Below are positions 43,182 through 53,534 of a DNA stretch of 64,000 nucleotides, in pieces (the stretch's first letter is position 1; every line of letters begins with the position of its first letter). The stretch is taken from the NCBI GenBank assembly GCA_041690395.1, contig JAWLHJ010000005.1, positions 160,001-224,000 of the forward strand, read 5' to 3'. The position numbers and the translations under genes were made by a program. The notes beneath the pieces are model-generated. The model was not told the DNA's origin and did not search any database. It saw only the letters and a list, made by a program, of their open reading frames with translations. Source of the DNA: Longimicrobiales bacterium (lineage in GTDB: Bacteria; Gemmatimonadota; Gemmatimonadetes; Longimicrobiales; Gaopeijiaceae).

Positions 43182-44123
43182 TTGAAGCGCATTCTGGTGA
43201 CCGGAGCCGGCGGGCAGATCGGCTCCTGGCTCGTTCCCGAGCTCCGCGCCCTGTACGGTGCGTCGAACGTCCTCGCCACCGACGTCCGGCAGCTGGAGAC
43301 GGAGGTCGCCGAGGGCGGTCCCTTCCAGGTGCTCGACGCGACCCACGCCCGCTCGGTGGGTCAGGCGGTCATGAGGCACGACGCCGACACGGTGTTCCAC
43401 CTCGCGGCCATCCTCTCCGCGGTCGGCGAGCGCGATCCACGGCTGGCCTGGCACGTGAACATGGCGAGTCTGGAAGCGGTCCTGGAGGTCGCCCGCGAGC
43501 AGGGGTGCGCGGTGTTCACGCCGAGCTCGATCGGTGTTTTCGGACCCGGTACTCCGAAGGATCCCACGCCGCAGGACACGATCATGCGTCCGGCCACGAT
43601 CTACGGGATCACCAAGGTCGCGGGCGAGCTCCTGTGCGACTACTACCACTCCCGCTACGGCGTCGACACGCGGGGCGTGCGCTTTCCGGGGCTCATCTCC
43701 TACGGGGCGCCTCCGGGCGGTGGCACGACGGACTGGGCGGTCGACATCTTCTACCAGGCGGTGGAGAAGGGGCGCTACACCTGCTTCCTCGGGCCGGACC
43801 AGCAGCTCGACATGATGTACATGCCCGACGCCATACGTGCGATCATCGGCCTGATGGAGGCCGATCCGGAGCGGCTGGTCCACCGGAACGCGTTCAACGT
43901 TACGGCCATGCAGCTCGCGCCCGAGCGTCTCGCCACCGAGATCCGCAAGCACGTGCCGGGCTTCGAGATCGACTACGACATCGACCCCGTGCGTCAGACG
44001 ATCGCCGATTCGTGGCCGGACAGGATCGACGACTCGGCGGCCCGGGAGGAGTGGGGATGGCGCCCGGAGTTCGACGCCGCGGCCATGACCGAAGACATGC
44101 TGAAACACCTGGGGAACGCCTGA
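43182..44123 (+). CDS. tdh: L-threonine 3-dehydrogenase (extended SDR type)
   Basis: GAGGQIG, HLAAILSA.GE, PSSI, YGITK, PGGGTTD; adjacent to kbl. Confidence 0.88.
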   Translation: MKRILVTGAGGQIGSWLVPELRALYGASNVLATDVRQLETEVAEGGPFQVLDATHARSVGQAVMRHDADTVFHLAAILSAVGERDPRLAWHVNMASLEAVLEVAREQGCAVFTPSSIGVFGPGTPKDPTPQDTIMRPATIYGITKVAGELLCDYYHSRYGVDTRGVRFPGLISYGAPPGGGTTDWAVDIFYQAVEKGRYTCFLGPDQQLDMMYMPDAIRAIIGLMEADPERLVHRNAFNVTAMQLAPERLATEIRKHVPGFEIDYDIDPVRQTIADSWPDRIDDSAAREEWGWRPEFDAAAMTEDMLKHLGNA

Positions 44124-44179
44124 CCGCGAAACGGCGGGTGTCCCGTACCACACACACGAACATCGGACGAAGAGACGAC

Positions 44180-45406
44180 ATGGGGATGGACCGACTGAGC
44201 GCCGCGCTCCGCGCGCACGTGAAGGGACTCGACGAAGCCGGAACCGCGAAGGGCGCCGAGACCGTGGTCGTCGGCGTGAAGCCGGCTTCCGGAGATCGGG
44301 GTCCGCGCTTCCTGTTGGAGGGAGAGGGAGATCGTGAGTTCATGAGGATGAACTCCAACTCGTATCTCGGGCTCGGCCTCCACCCTTCGCTCGTCGAGGC
44401 CGAGGAGCGGGCCACGGCCGCATTCGGTGTCGGCCCCGGCGCGGTGCGCTTCATCTCGGGCAGCTACGCTGCGCACATCGCCCTGGAGCGGAAGCTGGCC
44501 GAGTTCCACGGCAGGGAAGCCGCCATGATCTTCTCGTCGGCGTACGCGACGGTGGTCTCCACCATCACGCCGCTCGTGACGGAAGAGACGGTGCTCGTCT
44601 CGGACGAGCTGAACCACAACTGCATCATCAACGCGATGCGGCTGTCCCGTCCGGCCGGCAAGGCGATCTACCCGCACAACGACCTGGACGCGCTCGACCG
44701 CGCGCTCACGGAGTGGAAGGGGAAGGCCCGCCGCGCGATCGTGGTCACGGACGGCATCTTCTCCATGCGTGGCGACCATGCGCCCCTGGCGGAGATCCTC
44801 GAGATCTGTGCGCGGCACGACGCGGACTACGAGGAGAACGTCGTCAGCGTGGTGGACGACTCCCACGGCGTGGGCGCGTTCGGTGCGACTGGGCGCGGGA
44901 CGGAGGAGTACACCGGCAGCGGCCCCGCGGACATCCTGGTGGGCACGCTCGGGAAGGCGTTCGGCGTGAACGGCGGCTACGTGACCTCGAGCGCCGACGT
45001 GATCCGCTCCCTCCGGGAGTCGGCGCCGATGTACATCTACTCGAACCCGATCACCGTCGGGGAGGCCGCGGCCGCGTTGAGAGCCGTCGAGCTCGTGGAC
45101 AGTCCGGAAGGGGTGAAGCGGCTGGAGAAGCTACGGGCGCTCACGCGGAGGTTCGAACAGGGACTCGGGCGCGTCGGCATCGAGACGATTCCGGGCGAGC
45201 ATCCGGTCGTGCCCCTCATGATCCGGGACACCGCGCGCACGCGGGCCCTGGTTCGCTACCTGTTCGACAACGGCGTGCTGGTGACCGGCCTGACGTATCC
45301 CGTGGTCCCGCGGGGCGACGAGGAGATTCGCACGCAGGTCAACGCCGATCACACGGAGTCGGACATCGACCACGTGCTGGAGCTGCTGGGCGCGTTCGAA
45401 GGCTGA
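44180..45406 (+). CDS. kbl: 2-amino-3-ketobutyrate CoA ligase (AOS-family PLP enzyme)
   Basis: NSYLGL, VRFISG, SDELNH, TDGIFSM.G, DDSHG, GTLGKAFG; follows tdh. Confidence 0.85.
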   Translation: MGMDRLSAALRAHVKGLDEAGTAKGAETVVVGVKPASGDRGPRFLLEGEGDREFMRMNSNSYLGLGLHPSLVEAEERATAAFGVGPGAVRFISGSYAAHIALERKLAEFHGREAAMIFSSAYATVVSTITPLVTEETVLVSDELNHNCIINAMRLSRPAGKAIYPHNDLDALDRALTEWKGKARRAIVVTDGIFSMRGDHAPLAEILEICARHDADYEENVVSVVDDSHGVGAFGATGRGTEEYTGSGPADILVGTLGKAFGVNGGYVTSSADVIRSLRESAPMYIYSNPITVGEAAAALRAVELVDSPEGVKRLEKLRALTRRFEQGLGRVGIETIPGEHPVVPLMIRDTARTRALVRYLFDNGVLVTGLTYPVVPRGDEEIRTQVNADHTESDIDHVLELLGAFEG

Positions 45407-45455
45407 CGCGCCCAGCAGCCGCACGATGCCCCACCCCGCGGCGGGCGGGCGCCGG

Positions 45456-45908
45456 TCAGTTCGGCGCGCGGAACGCCTGATGGCACGCGCTGCACGTGCC
45501 GCCCACGGCCTGGATGCCCTGTTGGATGGCCTCGGCATCCCGCATCTCGGCGGCTTCGAGTAGCTGAGCGGTCGCGACCTCGAAGGCCGTGACCCGCTCC
45601 TCGAACCCGGCGCGATTCTGCCACACCGCGGGGAGGGCACCGGAGTTGGCGGCGGAGCCCTCACGGAAGGCGTCGCCGAGCATCTCGCCGATGCCGTACA
45701 GGGCCCGGGCGTAGTGGACGGTGTGGGTCGGCTGTCCGACCGCGCCCACCGCGCGCAGCTGCATGACGTTGGTGCGGATCGCCTGCATGATGTTCTGGCG
45801 GTACGTGACCTCGGCGGGCGCGTCCTGCGCGACGGCGCGCTCGGGGGCGCCCAGCGCAAGGGCGCCGGCCAGGACGAGGGCTGCGGAGATCGTAGCGGTA
45901 CGGGTCAC
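45456..45908 (-). CDS. Cytochrome c' / c556 (class II cytochrome c)
   Basis: Signal peptide; YRQ.IM, AVW, C-terminal CSACH. Confidence 0.87.
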   Translation of the reverse strand: MTRTATISAALVLAGALALGAPERAVAQDAPAEVTYRQNIMQAIRTNVMQLRAVGAVGQPTHTVHYARALYGIGEMLGDAFREGSAANSGALPAVWQNRAGFEERVTAFEVATAQLLEAAEMRDAEAIQQGIQAVGGTCSACHQAFRAPN

Positions 45909-46066
45909 TGTCCACTCCCGGGTTGGTGACCGGGCGCTCCCTCTGGAGCCGCCCGGAGTCTCATGAGATGACGAGGATCGGCGACCACGATACACCGGCT
46001 CGGCCCATCGCGCGAGCGGGTCGGCGCGGGAACGACTCCGCGTGAGCCGGCGCCCGCGGGGGACCG

Positions 46067-47383
46067 TCAGAAGAATCTGCGACCGCCCGTGCGGATCCGA
46101 GGGTTCACCACGTTGTTGAAGACCGATCCGAACGTGAAGCTGAAGCCGACATCGACGGAATACTCGAAGTCGGTCCCGATCTCCGTTCGGCCCAGCAGCC
46201 GATCTTCGAGATCGACCTCGGTGACCGACAGGTAGATCTGATCCTTGACCCGGGCCACGCTGCCGCGGATGTCGAGGTTGAAGCCGCGGAAGAGCCGGAT
46301 CTCGAGGTTCGTGAAGACGTCGACCCGGTGCTGGGTCACGTCGTCCAGGAAGTGCGAGCCCTCGACCGAGAGGACGAACTCACCCCAGGGCTGGCGGAAG
46401 TCCGCGGAGATCTCGAGGCTGTGCTCGGGCCGCGTTTCGGCCAGCTGCCCGAACACCGTCGTGTCCTGATACTGGAAGGTCGCCGCCCCGATCCGGTAGA
46501 GGGCGGTGATCTGACGGTTGTTGGCCTCCGCGTACGGATAGAGCGAGTACTCCAGCGCGGGCCCGCCCCGAAGGTAGAAGCGCTGGTTCGACGGGCTGTC
46601 TGAGCCGCTCTCCGCGCTGAGCCCCCACGACCAATGCGGCCCGATGCTCCAGACCGCGGTCGACGAGACGTCGATCTCGGTGGCGGACGACGTGAAGGAC
46701 TCGACGTTGCCGACCTCGTCGACGTCGTCGAACTCCTCCCACTCGTACTCACCGCGGAAGCCGATGTCGATCTTGAAGTCCTCGGTGGTCCGGCTCGCGG
46801 ACAGGCCGCCGTTCAAGGCCCTCGATCGCTCCAGGCTCTCGCCCTCGAGCTCTCCGCTCATGTTGGCCCGGAAGACCCAGAGGTCCCACGGGTCGTCGTC
46901 GGGCACGGTCTGGCGGGAGGGGCCCGTCACCTCGCGGAACCCGAGCTCGATACGGTCCGTCTGGGCCGCGTACGCCAGATACCGGACGAGCCCGGCTCCG
47001 AACGTCTGCGCATATCCTCTGCGCACCTCGTCGTCGCTGTCCGTCTGGAGCGTCACGTACCGCAGCGTGTCCGCGAGGCCGGCCAGCTGATTGCGGCCGA
47101 GGAACTGGAACACGTACTCCTCTCCGCCGGCGCCCGTCTGCTGGTTGGTGACCAGGACGTGGAGGTCGGCCACGGCAGGGTCACGGACGTAGTCGATGAT
47201 CGGGACCTGCTCCCGGATGAAGTCGAAGTCACAGCGCTGACAGTCGAGGTAGACGCGGAGCCCGGCGGGAGGGGCCGGTGGCCCTTCCGGGTCCTGGGCG
47301 AGGGCCGGGGTCGCGGACACCGACAGCAGGAGGGCGAGCGCGATGGAGCGCGCGGACCGGAGCAGATCGGTGGAAGTGGGCAT
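46067..47383 (-). CDS. Hypothetical outer-membrane beta-barrel protein
   Basis: Signal peptide; VYLDCQRCD, DPWDLWVF; amphipathic strands; FGSVFNNVVNPR C-terminus. Confidence 0.7.
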   Translation of the reverse strand: MPTSTDLLRSARSIALALLLSVSATPALAQDPEGPPAPPAGLRVYLDCQRCDFDFIREQVPIIDYVRDPAVADLHVLVTNQQTGAGGEEYVFQFLGRNQLAGLADTLRYVTLQTDSDDEVRRGYAQTFGAGLVRYLAYAAQTDRIELGFREVTGPSRQTVPDDDPWDLWVFRANMSGELEGESLERSRALNGGLSASRTTEDFKIDIGFRGEYEWEEFDDVDEVGNVESFTSSATEIDVSSTAVWSIGPHWSWGLSAESGSDSPSNQRFYLRGGPALEYSLYPYAEANNRQITALYRIGAATFQYQDTTVFGQLAETRPEHSLEISADFRQPWGEFVLSVEGSHFLDDVTQHRVDVFTNLEIRLFRGFNLDIRGSVARVKDQIYLSVTEVDLEDRLLGRTEIGTDFEYSVDVGFSFTFGSVFNNVVNPRIRTGGRRFF

Positions 47384-47474
47384 ATCTGAAGCTATCCGCG
47401 CGAGGTGCGTACCGGTGTTCGCACCGCACACGGATCGTGTAAGGGATCGGTAAGAGGGTTCGACCCCGGTACAC

Positions 47475-48164
47475 TCAGCGGCGCAACCGATACCCCTTCT
47501 TCCGAACGGTGAGGATGTGCGCGGGGGCGGAGGGATCCTCTTCGAGCTTTCTTCGGAGCTCGGCGACATGAACGTCCACGGTACGCGTCTCGACGTTCGC
47601 GTTGGCATACTCCCAGACCTCACGGAGGAGCTCCGAGCGGGACGCCACGGCCCCGTCACGCTTGAGCAGCGCGACGAGCAGATCGAACTCCTTGGGGGAG
47701 AGCGTGACGCTCTCTCCGTCCCGGATGACGGTCCCCGACGCCGGGTTCACCTCGACCCCACCGAAGCGCCACACCGGGAGATGCGTACTCTCGCCCCCGC
47801 GGGTGGCCCGTCGGAGCAGCGCGCGAACCCGGGCGAGCAGCTCGCCGGTGCTGAACGGCTTCGTGACGTAGTCGTCGGCACCCCGGTCGAAGCCCATGAG
47901 CACGTCCGCCTCGTCACCGCGTGCCGTGAGGATCAGGACGGGAGTCCGGTCGCCGCGTGTCCGCAGCTCGGCGAGCAGCGTCAGGCCGTCGACGTCGGGA
48001 AGGGTGAGGTCGAGCACGACCAGATCGGGTGGGCCGTCCTCGAGCGACAGGCGCGCGGCGCCGCCGTCCGGCGCGACCTCCACGTCGTGTCCTTCGAACT
48101 CCAGCGTCGCCCGTAGGCCGAACGCCAGATCGTCGTTGTCCTCAACCAGCAGTATGTGCGCCAA
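47475..48164 (-). CDS. OmpR-family response regulator
   Basis: LLVED, LDLTLP, GADDYVTKPF, TRTVDVHVAELRRKLE, TVRKKGY. Confidence 0.95.
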   Translation of the reverse strand: MAHILLVEDNDDLAFGLRATLEFEGHDVEVAPDGGAARLSLEDGPPDLVVLDLTLPDVDGLTLLAELRTRGDRTPVLILTARGDEADVLMGFDRGADDYVTKPFSTGELLARVRALLRRATRGGESTHLPVWRFGGVEVNPASGTVIRDGESVTLSPKEFDLLVALLKRDGAVASRSELLREVWEYANANVETRTVDVHVAELRRKLEEDPSAPAHILTVRKKGYRLRR

Positions 48165-49902
48165 CGCGAGGACTCGGGTGAGGGTCGTGGGTCGGTTCCG
48201 TCGGATGCCGTTCGGGACCTGTGGAGACCTCCGGGGCAGCTTCGAGTTCTACGATGAACCGGGCTCCTCCACCGGGGGCGTCGTCGATCCACACCCGCCC
48301 CCGGAGCTCGCCGACCAGTGTCTTCACGACCGCCAGGCCCACGCCGCTCCCCGGCTTGTGTCCGTCGACGTCGCGGGGGAGACGAACGTAGGGCTCCCAG
48401 ATCGTCGCCCGGTCCTGTTCCGGCACGCCAGGACCCTCGTCGTCCACGACGATCCGCACGAGACCGGCATCACGGTCGACGCCGATGCGGACCGTCTGGC
48501 CCGGTGGTCCGTACTTCATCGCGTTGTCGAGGAGGTTGCTGAGGATCTGGCGGAGCGCATCCCGATGGGCCATGACGGCGAGGCCCTCGGGGATATCCGC
48601 GGCGATGACCCCGGCGTCCGGATCCATCAGCGGACGGAACGCTTCGGCGACGTCCGAGGCGCACTCGTCGAGCAGGACGGGCTGGAGGGGGCTCGGTGAG
48701 CGTGGGACCGCGCGACTCCGGGAGAAGTGGAGGATGTTCTCGACGAGCTGGGTGAGGCGCTGTGATTCCCGGGCCATGATACGGTTCGCCCGCTCCCGCT
48801 CCTCGTCGGTGCGGAACTTCCGGTCGGCCTGCAGCTCGGCCAGCATCCGGATCTGAGCGAGGGGTGTGCGTAGCTCGTGCGACACGCTCGAGATGAAGTC
48901 CTCCCGCAGGCGTGCGAGCTGCTGATGCTTCCGTACTTCCCAGAGACCCGCCGCGCCGACCGCGAGGGTGAGCCCGAGCAGTGCCAGTGAAAACGGGAGC
49001 CGGGATGACGGCAGACCGCCGATGACCAGTCGGCCCGCGGCGTCAGGGCGGATCGAGGCCTCGACCACGACCCCGCCGAGATAGCGGTCGAGCGTATCCG
49101 CGGCGACCGCACCGGTCCTGCCGTCCTCGTGGGACGCGAACAGCAGTCCGCTGTCGGCGCCATGTAGCTCGATGCGGACCAGGCCCGCTTCGTCCGCACC
49201 GCGGGTGATCGCTTCCGGGAGCAGCGCATGACGCTCGTACCAGTGCTCGGCGAGCTCGGTGAGAGCCGTGCGGCCGACCACCACGCCGTAGGCCATGACC
49301 GGAGTGTCCTGCCCGTCGAACACCGTGGCCCAGAGCACCACGCCTTCCCCGGTCCCCGACTCTGCCTCGAGCGTGGCGAGCTCGTAGCGTTCGGGCGGGG
49401 TCGAGGCCAGGCGGTCGCGGACGAACGCCGTGACCGCCTCGCCGTCCGCGGCCGGCAGAGCGCCGTCGAAGCTCGACCGGCCGGTCCTCAGGTCCGTCCG
49501 GAAGACCAGGGAGGGGTTCTGGAGTCCGGGACAGGGGCAACGGATCGCTTCCGCGGCGTCATCGAGCTCCCACCGGACCTCGACCGGATCCGGCATGCGA
49601 CCGGCACGGTACCGCCTCGGGATCTCGTCGAAGGCCACGTCGAAGATCCTCGAAAGATGCTCCCTCGCGACCCGACCGTACTCGGCGGCGGCGATGCCGG
49701 CGTAGTCGGACAGGACGGCTTGCGTCGTGGCCTGGTGCGAGCGGGCCGTCGCGTACGCCTGGACTGCCAGCGTGCAGGCCAGCACCACGATGGCGAGTAG
49801 GAACACGGCCAACATCGTGGTCGACGTTGGGGCCGGGCGGCGGAGATGAAATGCGCGCGACACCGGAGCGCCTCCGGGGGCGAGGGATGGAGCGTCCGAC
49901 AA
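48142..49902 (-). CDS. Membrane sensor histidine kinase
   Basis: Two TM helices; SVSHELRTPL; NLLDNAMKY; DEGPG; GVGLA. Confidence 0.93.
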   Translation of the reverse strand: MSDAPSLAPGGAPVSRAFHLRRPAPTSTTMLAVFLLAIVVLACTLAVQAYATARSHQATTQAVLSDYAGIAAAEYGRVAREHLSRIFDVAFDEIPRRYRAGRMPDPVEVRWELDDAAEAIRCPCPGLQNPSLVFRTDLRTGRSSFDGALPAADGEAVTAFVRDRLASTPPERYELATLEAESGTGEGVVLWATVFDGQDTPVMAYGVVVGRTALTELAEHWYERHALLPEAITRGADEAGLVRIELHGADSGLLFASHEDGRTGAVAADTLDRYLGGVVVEASIRPDAAGRLVIGGLPSSRLPFSLALLGLTLAVGAAGLWEVRKHQQLARLREDFISSVSHELRTPLAQIRMLAELQADRKFRTDEERERANRIMARESQRLTQLVENILHFSRSRAVPRSPSPLQPVLLDECASDVAEAFRPLMDPDAGVIAADIPEGLAVMAHRDALRQILSNLLDNAMKYGPPGQTVRIGVDRDAGLVRIVVDDEGPGVPEQDRATIWEPYVRLPRDVDGHKPGSGVGLAVVKTLVGELRGRVWIDDAPGGGARFIVELEAAPEVSTGPERHPTEPTHDPHPSPRVGAHTAG

Positions 49903-50062
49903 TCATGCGGCTCGGACGACCGGGCGGGCAACGCTCGGCGTGTTCGGAAGTCGTAAGGCGGCGTCGTGGGAGGGCCGCTGTCCTTCGCGCGACTTGCTCG
50001 ACGCGACGTCGGCGGCCATCCTGCCGTGGAACGGACCGACAACCCCACCGGAGAGGTGCCCG

Positions 50063-51679
50063 ATGCGCGCAAGTCGCTGGTGTCCAGCAGTCCTCGCCCT
50101 CGTCGTATCGATCGTCCCGCTGGCCCTCGAGGCGCAGCAGGACCGGCTCGAGGCCTTCAAGGAAGAGGCCCTCCAGGGCGTAGAGGACCGCGCCGAGCTC
50201 GTGCAGGAGATCGTCGACATGCTGTTCAGCTTCGGCGAGCTCGGAATGCAGGAGTTCGAGACGCAGCGTTACCTGACCGGGCTCCTGGAAGACGAGGGCT
50301 TCGACATCGAGCTCGGCGTGGCCGGCATGCCCAGCGCATGGACCGCGCGGTGGTCCAACGGAACGGGCCAGCCGGTCATCGCCCTCGGCTCGGACGTCGA
50401 CGGCATCCCGCAGTCCAGCCAGAAGCCTGGCGTCGGATTCCGTGAGGCGATCCTCGACGGCGCGCCAGGGCACGGCGAGGGCCACAACTCGGGGCAGGCG
50501 GTGAACATCGCCGCGGCGCTGGCGGTCAAGGAGATCATGGAGCGCGAGGGCATCGACGGGACCCTCCTCATCTGGCCGGGCATCGCCGAGGAACAGCTGG
50601 GCTCCAAGGCCTACTTCGTGCGGGACGGTGTCTTCGACGGCGTCGACGTGAACCTCTTCACCCACGTATCGAACAACTTCGGGGTGTCGTGGGGGCAGGC
50701 CGGCGGCAACGCGATGGTGTCCGCCCAGTTCCGGTTCCGGGGAGAGACGGCGCACTCCGCAGGCTCGCCGTGGCGCGGCCGCTCCGCGCTCGACGCGGTC
50801 ATGCTGCTCGCGCAGGCGTGGGAGTACAAGCGGGAGCACCTCCGCCCGCCGCAGCGGTCGCACTACGTCATCGTGGACGGCGGCGACCAGCCCAACGTGG
50901 TGCCCCAGACCGCCACCATCTGGTTCTTCATCCGGGAAGTGGATTACGAGCACGTGATGGAGAACTACGAGGCGGCCAAGCGGATGGCGGAGGGCGCCGC
51001 GCTCATGACCGGCACCCAGATCGACACCATCATGACGATCGGCTCCGCGTGGAGCCGGCACTTCAACCGCCCGGTCGCCGAGGCCACGTACGCCAACATC
51101 GAGCGTGTCGGCCTGCCCGACTGGTCGGAGGATGACGTCGAGCTGGCGCTCGGGTTCCAGCGCGAGCTGGGCGTCGAGGAGCAGGGGCTGCCCACGGAGC
51201 TGAACGAGCTCACGGGCCCGGTCGACCTGTCGCGTTCGCTCGGCGGTGGCTCCGACGACATCGGCGACGTCTCATGGAACATGCCCACGGTCACGCTCCG
51301 CTATCCGGCCAACATGCCGGGCGGCCCCGGGCACAACTGGGCGAACGGCATCGCGATGGCCACGCCCATCGCCCACAAGGGATCACTCCAGGGAGCGAAG
51401 GTCCAGGCGCTCACGCTGCTCGACCTGCTGCTCGTGCCGGGCATGGTCGACGCCGCCTGGGAATACTTCAACGAGGTCCAGACCTCGGAGACCACCTACA
51501 CGCCGTTCATCACGCCCGAGGACGAGCCCGCGATCTGGCTGAACGAGGACATCATGGGCCGCTGGCGCGAGCAGATGCGTCCGTTCTACTACGACCCGAC
51601 CCGCTTCGACAGCTACCTGGAGCAGCTCGGCATCGAGTATCCGACGCTGCGGGGTCCGACCGTGAGCGAAAGGCACTGA
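50063..51679 (+). CDS. Exported M20 amidohydrolase (AbgB-like)
   Basis: ELGMQEF, GHGEGHN, AEE, AHSAGSPW.GRSALDA, GGDQPNVVP, GSDDIGD. Confidence 0.9.
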   Translation: MRASRWCPAVLALVVSIVPLALEAQQDRLEAFKEEALQGVEDRAELVQEIVDMLFSFGELGMQEFETQRYLTGLLEDEGFDIELGVAGMPSAWTARWSNGTGQPVIALGSDVDGIPQSSQKPGVGFREAILDGAPGHGEGHNSGQAVNIAAALAVKEIMEREGIDGTLLIWPGIAEEQLGSKAYFVRDGVFDGVDVNLFTHVSNNFGVSWGQAGGNAMVSAQFRFRGETAHSAGSPWRGRSALDAVMLLAQAWEYKREHLRPPQRSHYVIVDGGDQPNVVPQTATIWFFIREVDYEHVMENYEAAKRMAEGAALMTGTQIDTIMTIGSAWSRHFNRPVAEATYANIERVGLPDWSEDDVELALGFQRELGVEEQGLPTELNELTGPVDLSRSLGGGSDDIGDVSWNMPTVTLRYPANMPGGPGHNWANGIAMATPIAHKGSLQGAKVQALTLLDLLLVPGMVDAAWEYFNEVQTSETTYTPFITPEDEPAIWLNEDIMGRWREQMRPFYYDPTRFDSYLEQLGIEYPTLRGPTVSERH

Positions 51680-51684
51680 GCCCC

Positions 51685-52374
51685 GTGGAGCGTCGGGTCG
51701 AGCCCGAGGTCATGGACGACCCTGGGCTCGACCCGGCGCTCCACGCCGAGGCCCTCGACGCCCTGGCGCGGATCAACCGGGTCTCTCTGACGGAGCGCCG
51801 GCTGGTGGATGAAGTGCTGCGGGTGGCCGCTCGCCGAGCCGGACCCGTACGGGTGCTGGACATCGGGTGCGGGGACGCCGCCGTGCTCGTCGGGGCCGCG
51901 AGACGCGCCGGCCGCCGGGGCGTCACGGTCGAGCCCCACGGATGCGACACGAGCCCGGTGGCCCTGGCCTGTGCCGAGGAGCGCGCCGGGCGAGCGGGCG
52001 TCCCGCTCCGCGTGTCCCGCCTGGACGTGACGACGGATCCGCTGCCCGGCGGCTTCGACGTCGCGACCTGCTCGCTCTTCCTGCACCACCTCGCCGACGC
52101 GGACGCGGTGCGCCTGCTCTCGGCCATGGCGGAGGCCGCGGGGATCGTGCTGGCGCAGGACCTGAGGCGCACACGCACCGGCCTGGCCCTGGCCTGGCTC
52201 GGGGTTCGCCTGCTCACCCGGTCGCCGGTCGCGCGTGTGGACGGCCCGAGATCCGTGCGGGCGGCATTCTCGCTCGACGAGGCCGCCGGGCTCGCAGGCC
52301 GTGCCGGGCTGGCGGGGGCGACCGTCCGGCGGGCGTGGCCTCAGCGCCTCACGATCCGTTGGGAGAGAATGTGA
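51685..52374 (+). CDS. SAM-dependent methyltransferase
   Basis: E.MDDP, VLDIGCG, CSLFLHH, DL.R, DG..SV. Confidence 0.88.
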   Translation: MERRVEPEVMDDPGLDPALHAEALDALARINRVSLTERRLVDEVLRVAARRAGPVRVLDIGCGDAAVLVGAARRAGRRGVTVEPHGCDTSPVALACAEERAGRAGVPLRVSRLDVTTDPLPGGFDVATCSLFLHHLADADAVRLLSAMAEAAGIVLAQDLRRTRTGLALAWLGVRLLTRSPVARVDGPRSVRAAFSLDEAAGLAGRAGLAGATVRRAWPQRLTIRWERM

Positions 52375-53534
52375 TCCGGCCTGCCGCGAGCGAGGACGTC
52401 CACGCGGACGCGGTCGTGATCGGAGCGGGTCCGGCCGGGGCGCTGGCCGCGAGGGGGCTGGCGCTGGGCGGTGCGACGGTGATCCTGGTCGAGCGGCGCT
52501 CCCTACCGAGGAGGAAAGTGTGCGGCGCCTGCGTCGGCCCGGTGGCCCTGCGCGTGCTGGGCGAAGTCGGGCTGGGGGACCTCCCCGGCAGGGGAGGCGC
52601 GACGCCGCTCGAGTCGATGCGCCTCGTCTCGCCGGGAGGGCGGCAGGCCACGATCCGGCTCGGTGGAGGGGTGGCCTGGGCCCGTTCCGAGATGGACGCA
52701 TCCCTCGTGCGGGCAGCGGCGGAGGCGGGTGTCCGGGTCTGGACCGAGGCGCATGCGCGGATCGGTCCGGTCGAGGGTGCGGCGCGTGTCGTCGAGATGC
52801 GGCACGGGGGAGGGGTACGGGTCCTCCGGGCGCGGGTCGTGGTGGACGCGGCGGGCCTGGGCGGGGCCCCTCCCGCTCGAGACGCCGCCGCCGGCGAGGA
52901 GCGAGTCGCCCCGGACACCAGGATCGGCCTCGGTGTCCGGCTCGCCGCGGGGGGAGGCGTTCGCATCGGCCGGCGGCGAGCCGAGCCGCTGCCGCCGGGG
53001 CGAGTCGATATGGTGGTCGGGCGGTCGGGGTATGTGGGCATCGTGCGGCTCCCGGACGGTAGCCTGAACGTCGCGGCGGCCGTCACCAGGGCGGCGCTCC
53101 GGTACCAGGGAGCCGACGGGGCCGTGGCGCGCGTCCTGGGCGAGGCCGGGGCGGCGTTGGAGGGCGACGCGGTCGAGAGCTGGAACGGGACCCCGCCGCT
53201 CACCCGCGCGCCGGAACGGGTCGCCGACCGGCGACGCTTCCTCGTCGGGGACGCGATGGGTTACGTGGAGCCGTTCACCGGGGAGGGGATGGGCTGGGCG
53301 ATGTCGTCGGCACAGGCGTTGGTGCCGCTCGCGCTCCGTGGCGTGGCCGCATGGGATCCCGGGCTCGAGCTGGCGTGGGATCAGTACCGGGACAGGTTGC
53401 TCTCCCGTTCCAAGGTGCTCTGCAGGACGATCGCCTGGGGTCTCCGGCGTCCGGGTCTGGTGAGGATGGCGGTCTCCGCGATGTCCGTCGCTCCGGGGCT
53501 CGCCGCTCCGGTCGTGCGAATGGTCGGCCGCTGA
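52371..53534 (+). CDS. FAD-dependent oxidoreductase (geranylgeranyl-reductase-like)
   Basis: GAGPAG, PRRKVCG, DAAG, VGDA.GYVEPFTGEGM. Confidence 0.88.
   Translation: MIRPAASEDVHADAVVIGAGPAGALAARGLALGGATVILVERRSLPRRKVCGACVGPVALRVLGEVGLGDLPGRGGATPLESMRLVSPGGRQATIRLGGGVAWARSEMDASLVRAAAEAGVRVWTEAHARIGPVEGAARVVEMRHGGGVRVLRARVVVDAAGLGGAPPARDAAAGEERVAPDTRIGLGVRLAAGGGVRIGRRRAEPLPPGRVDMVVGRSGYVGIVRLPDGSLNVAAAVTRAALRYQGADGAVARVLGEAGAALEGDAVESWNGTPPLTRAPERVADRRRFLVGDAMGYVEPFTGEGMGWAMSSAQALVPLALRGVAAWDPGLELAWDQYRDRLLSRSKVLCRTIAWGLRRPGLVRMAVSAMSVAPGLAAPVVRMVGR

Noticed and set aside
44180..45406. Serine palmitoyltransferase partnering the DES-like desaturase
   Set aside because: It directly follows threonine dehydrogenase and has the Kbl-type VRFISG motif; Kbl is far more parsimonious.
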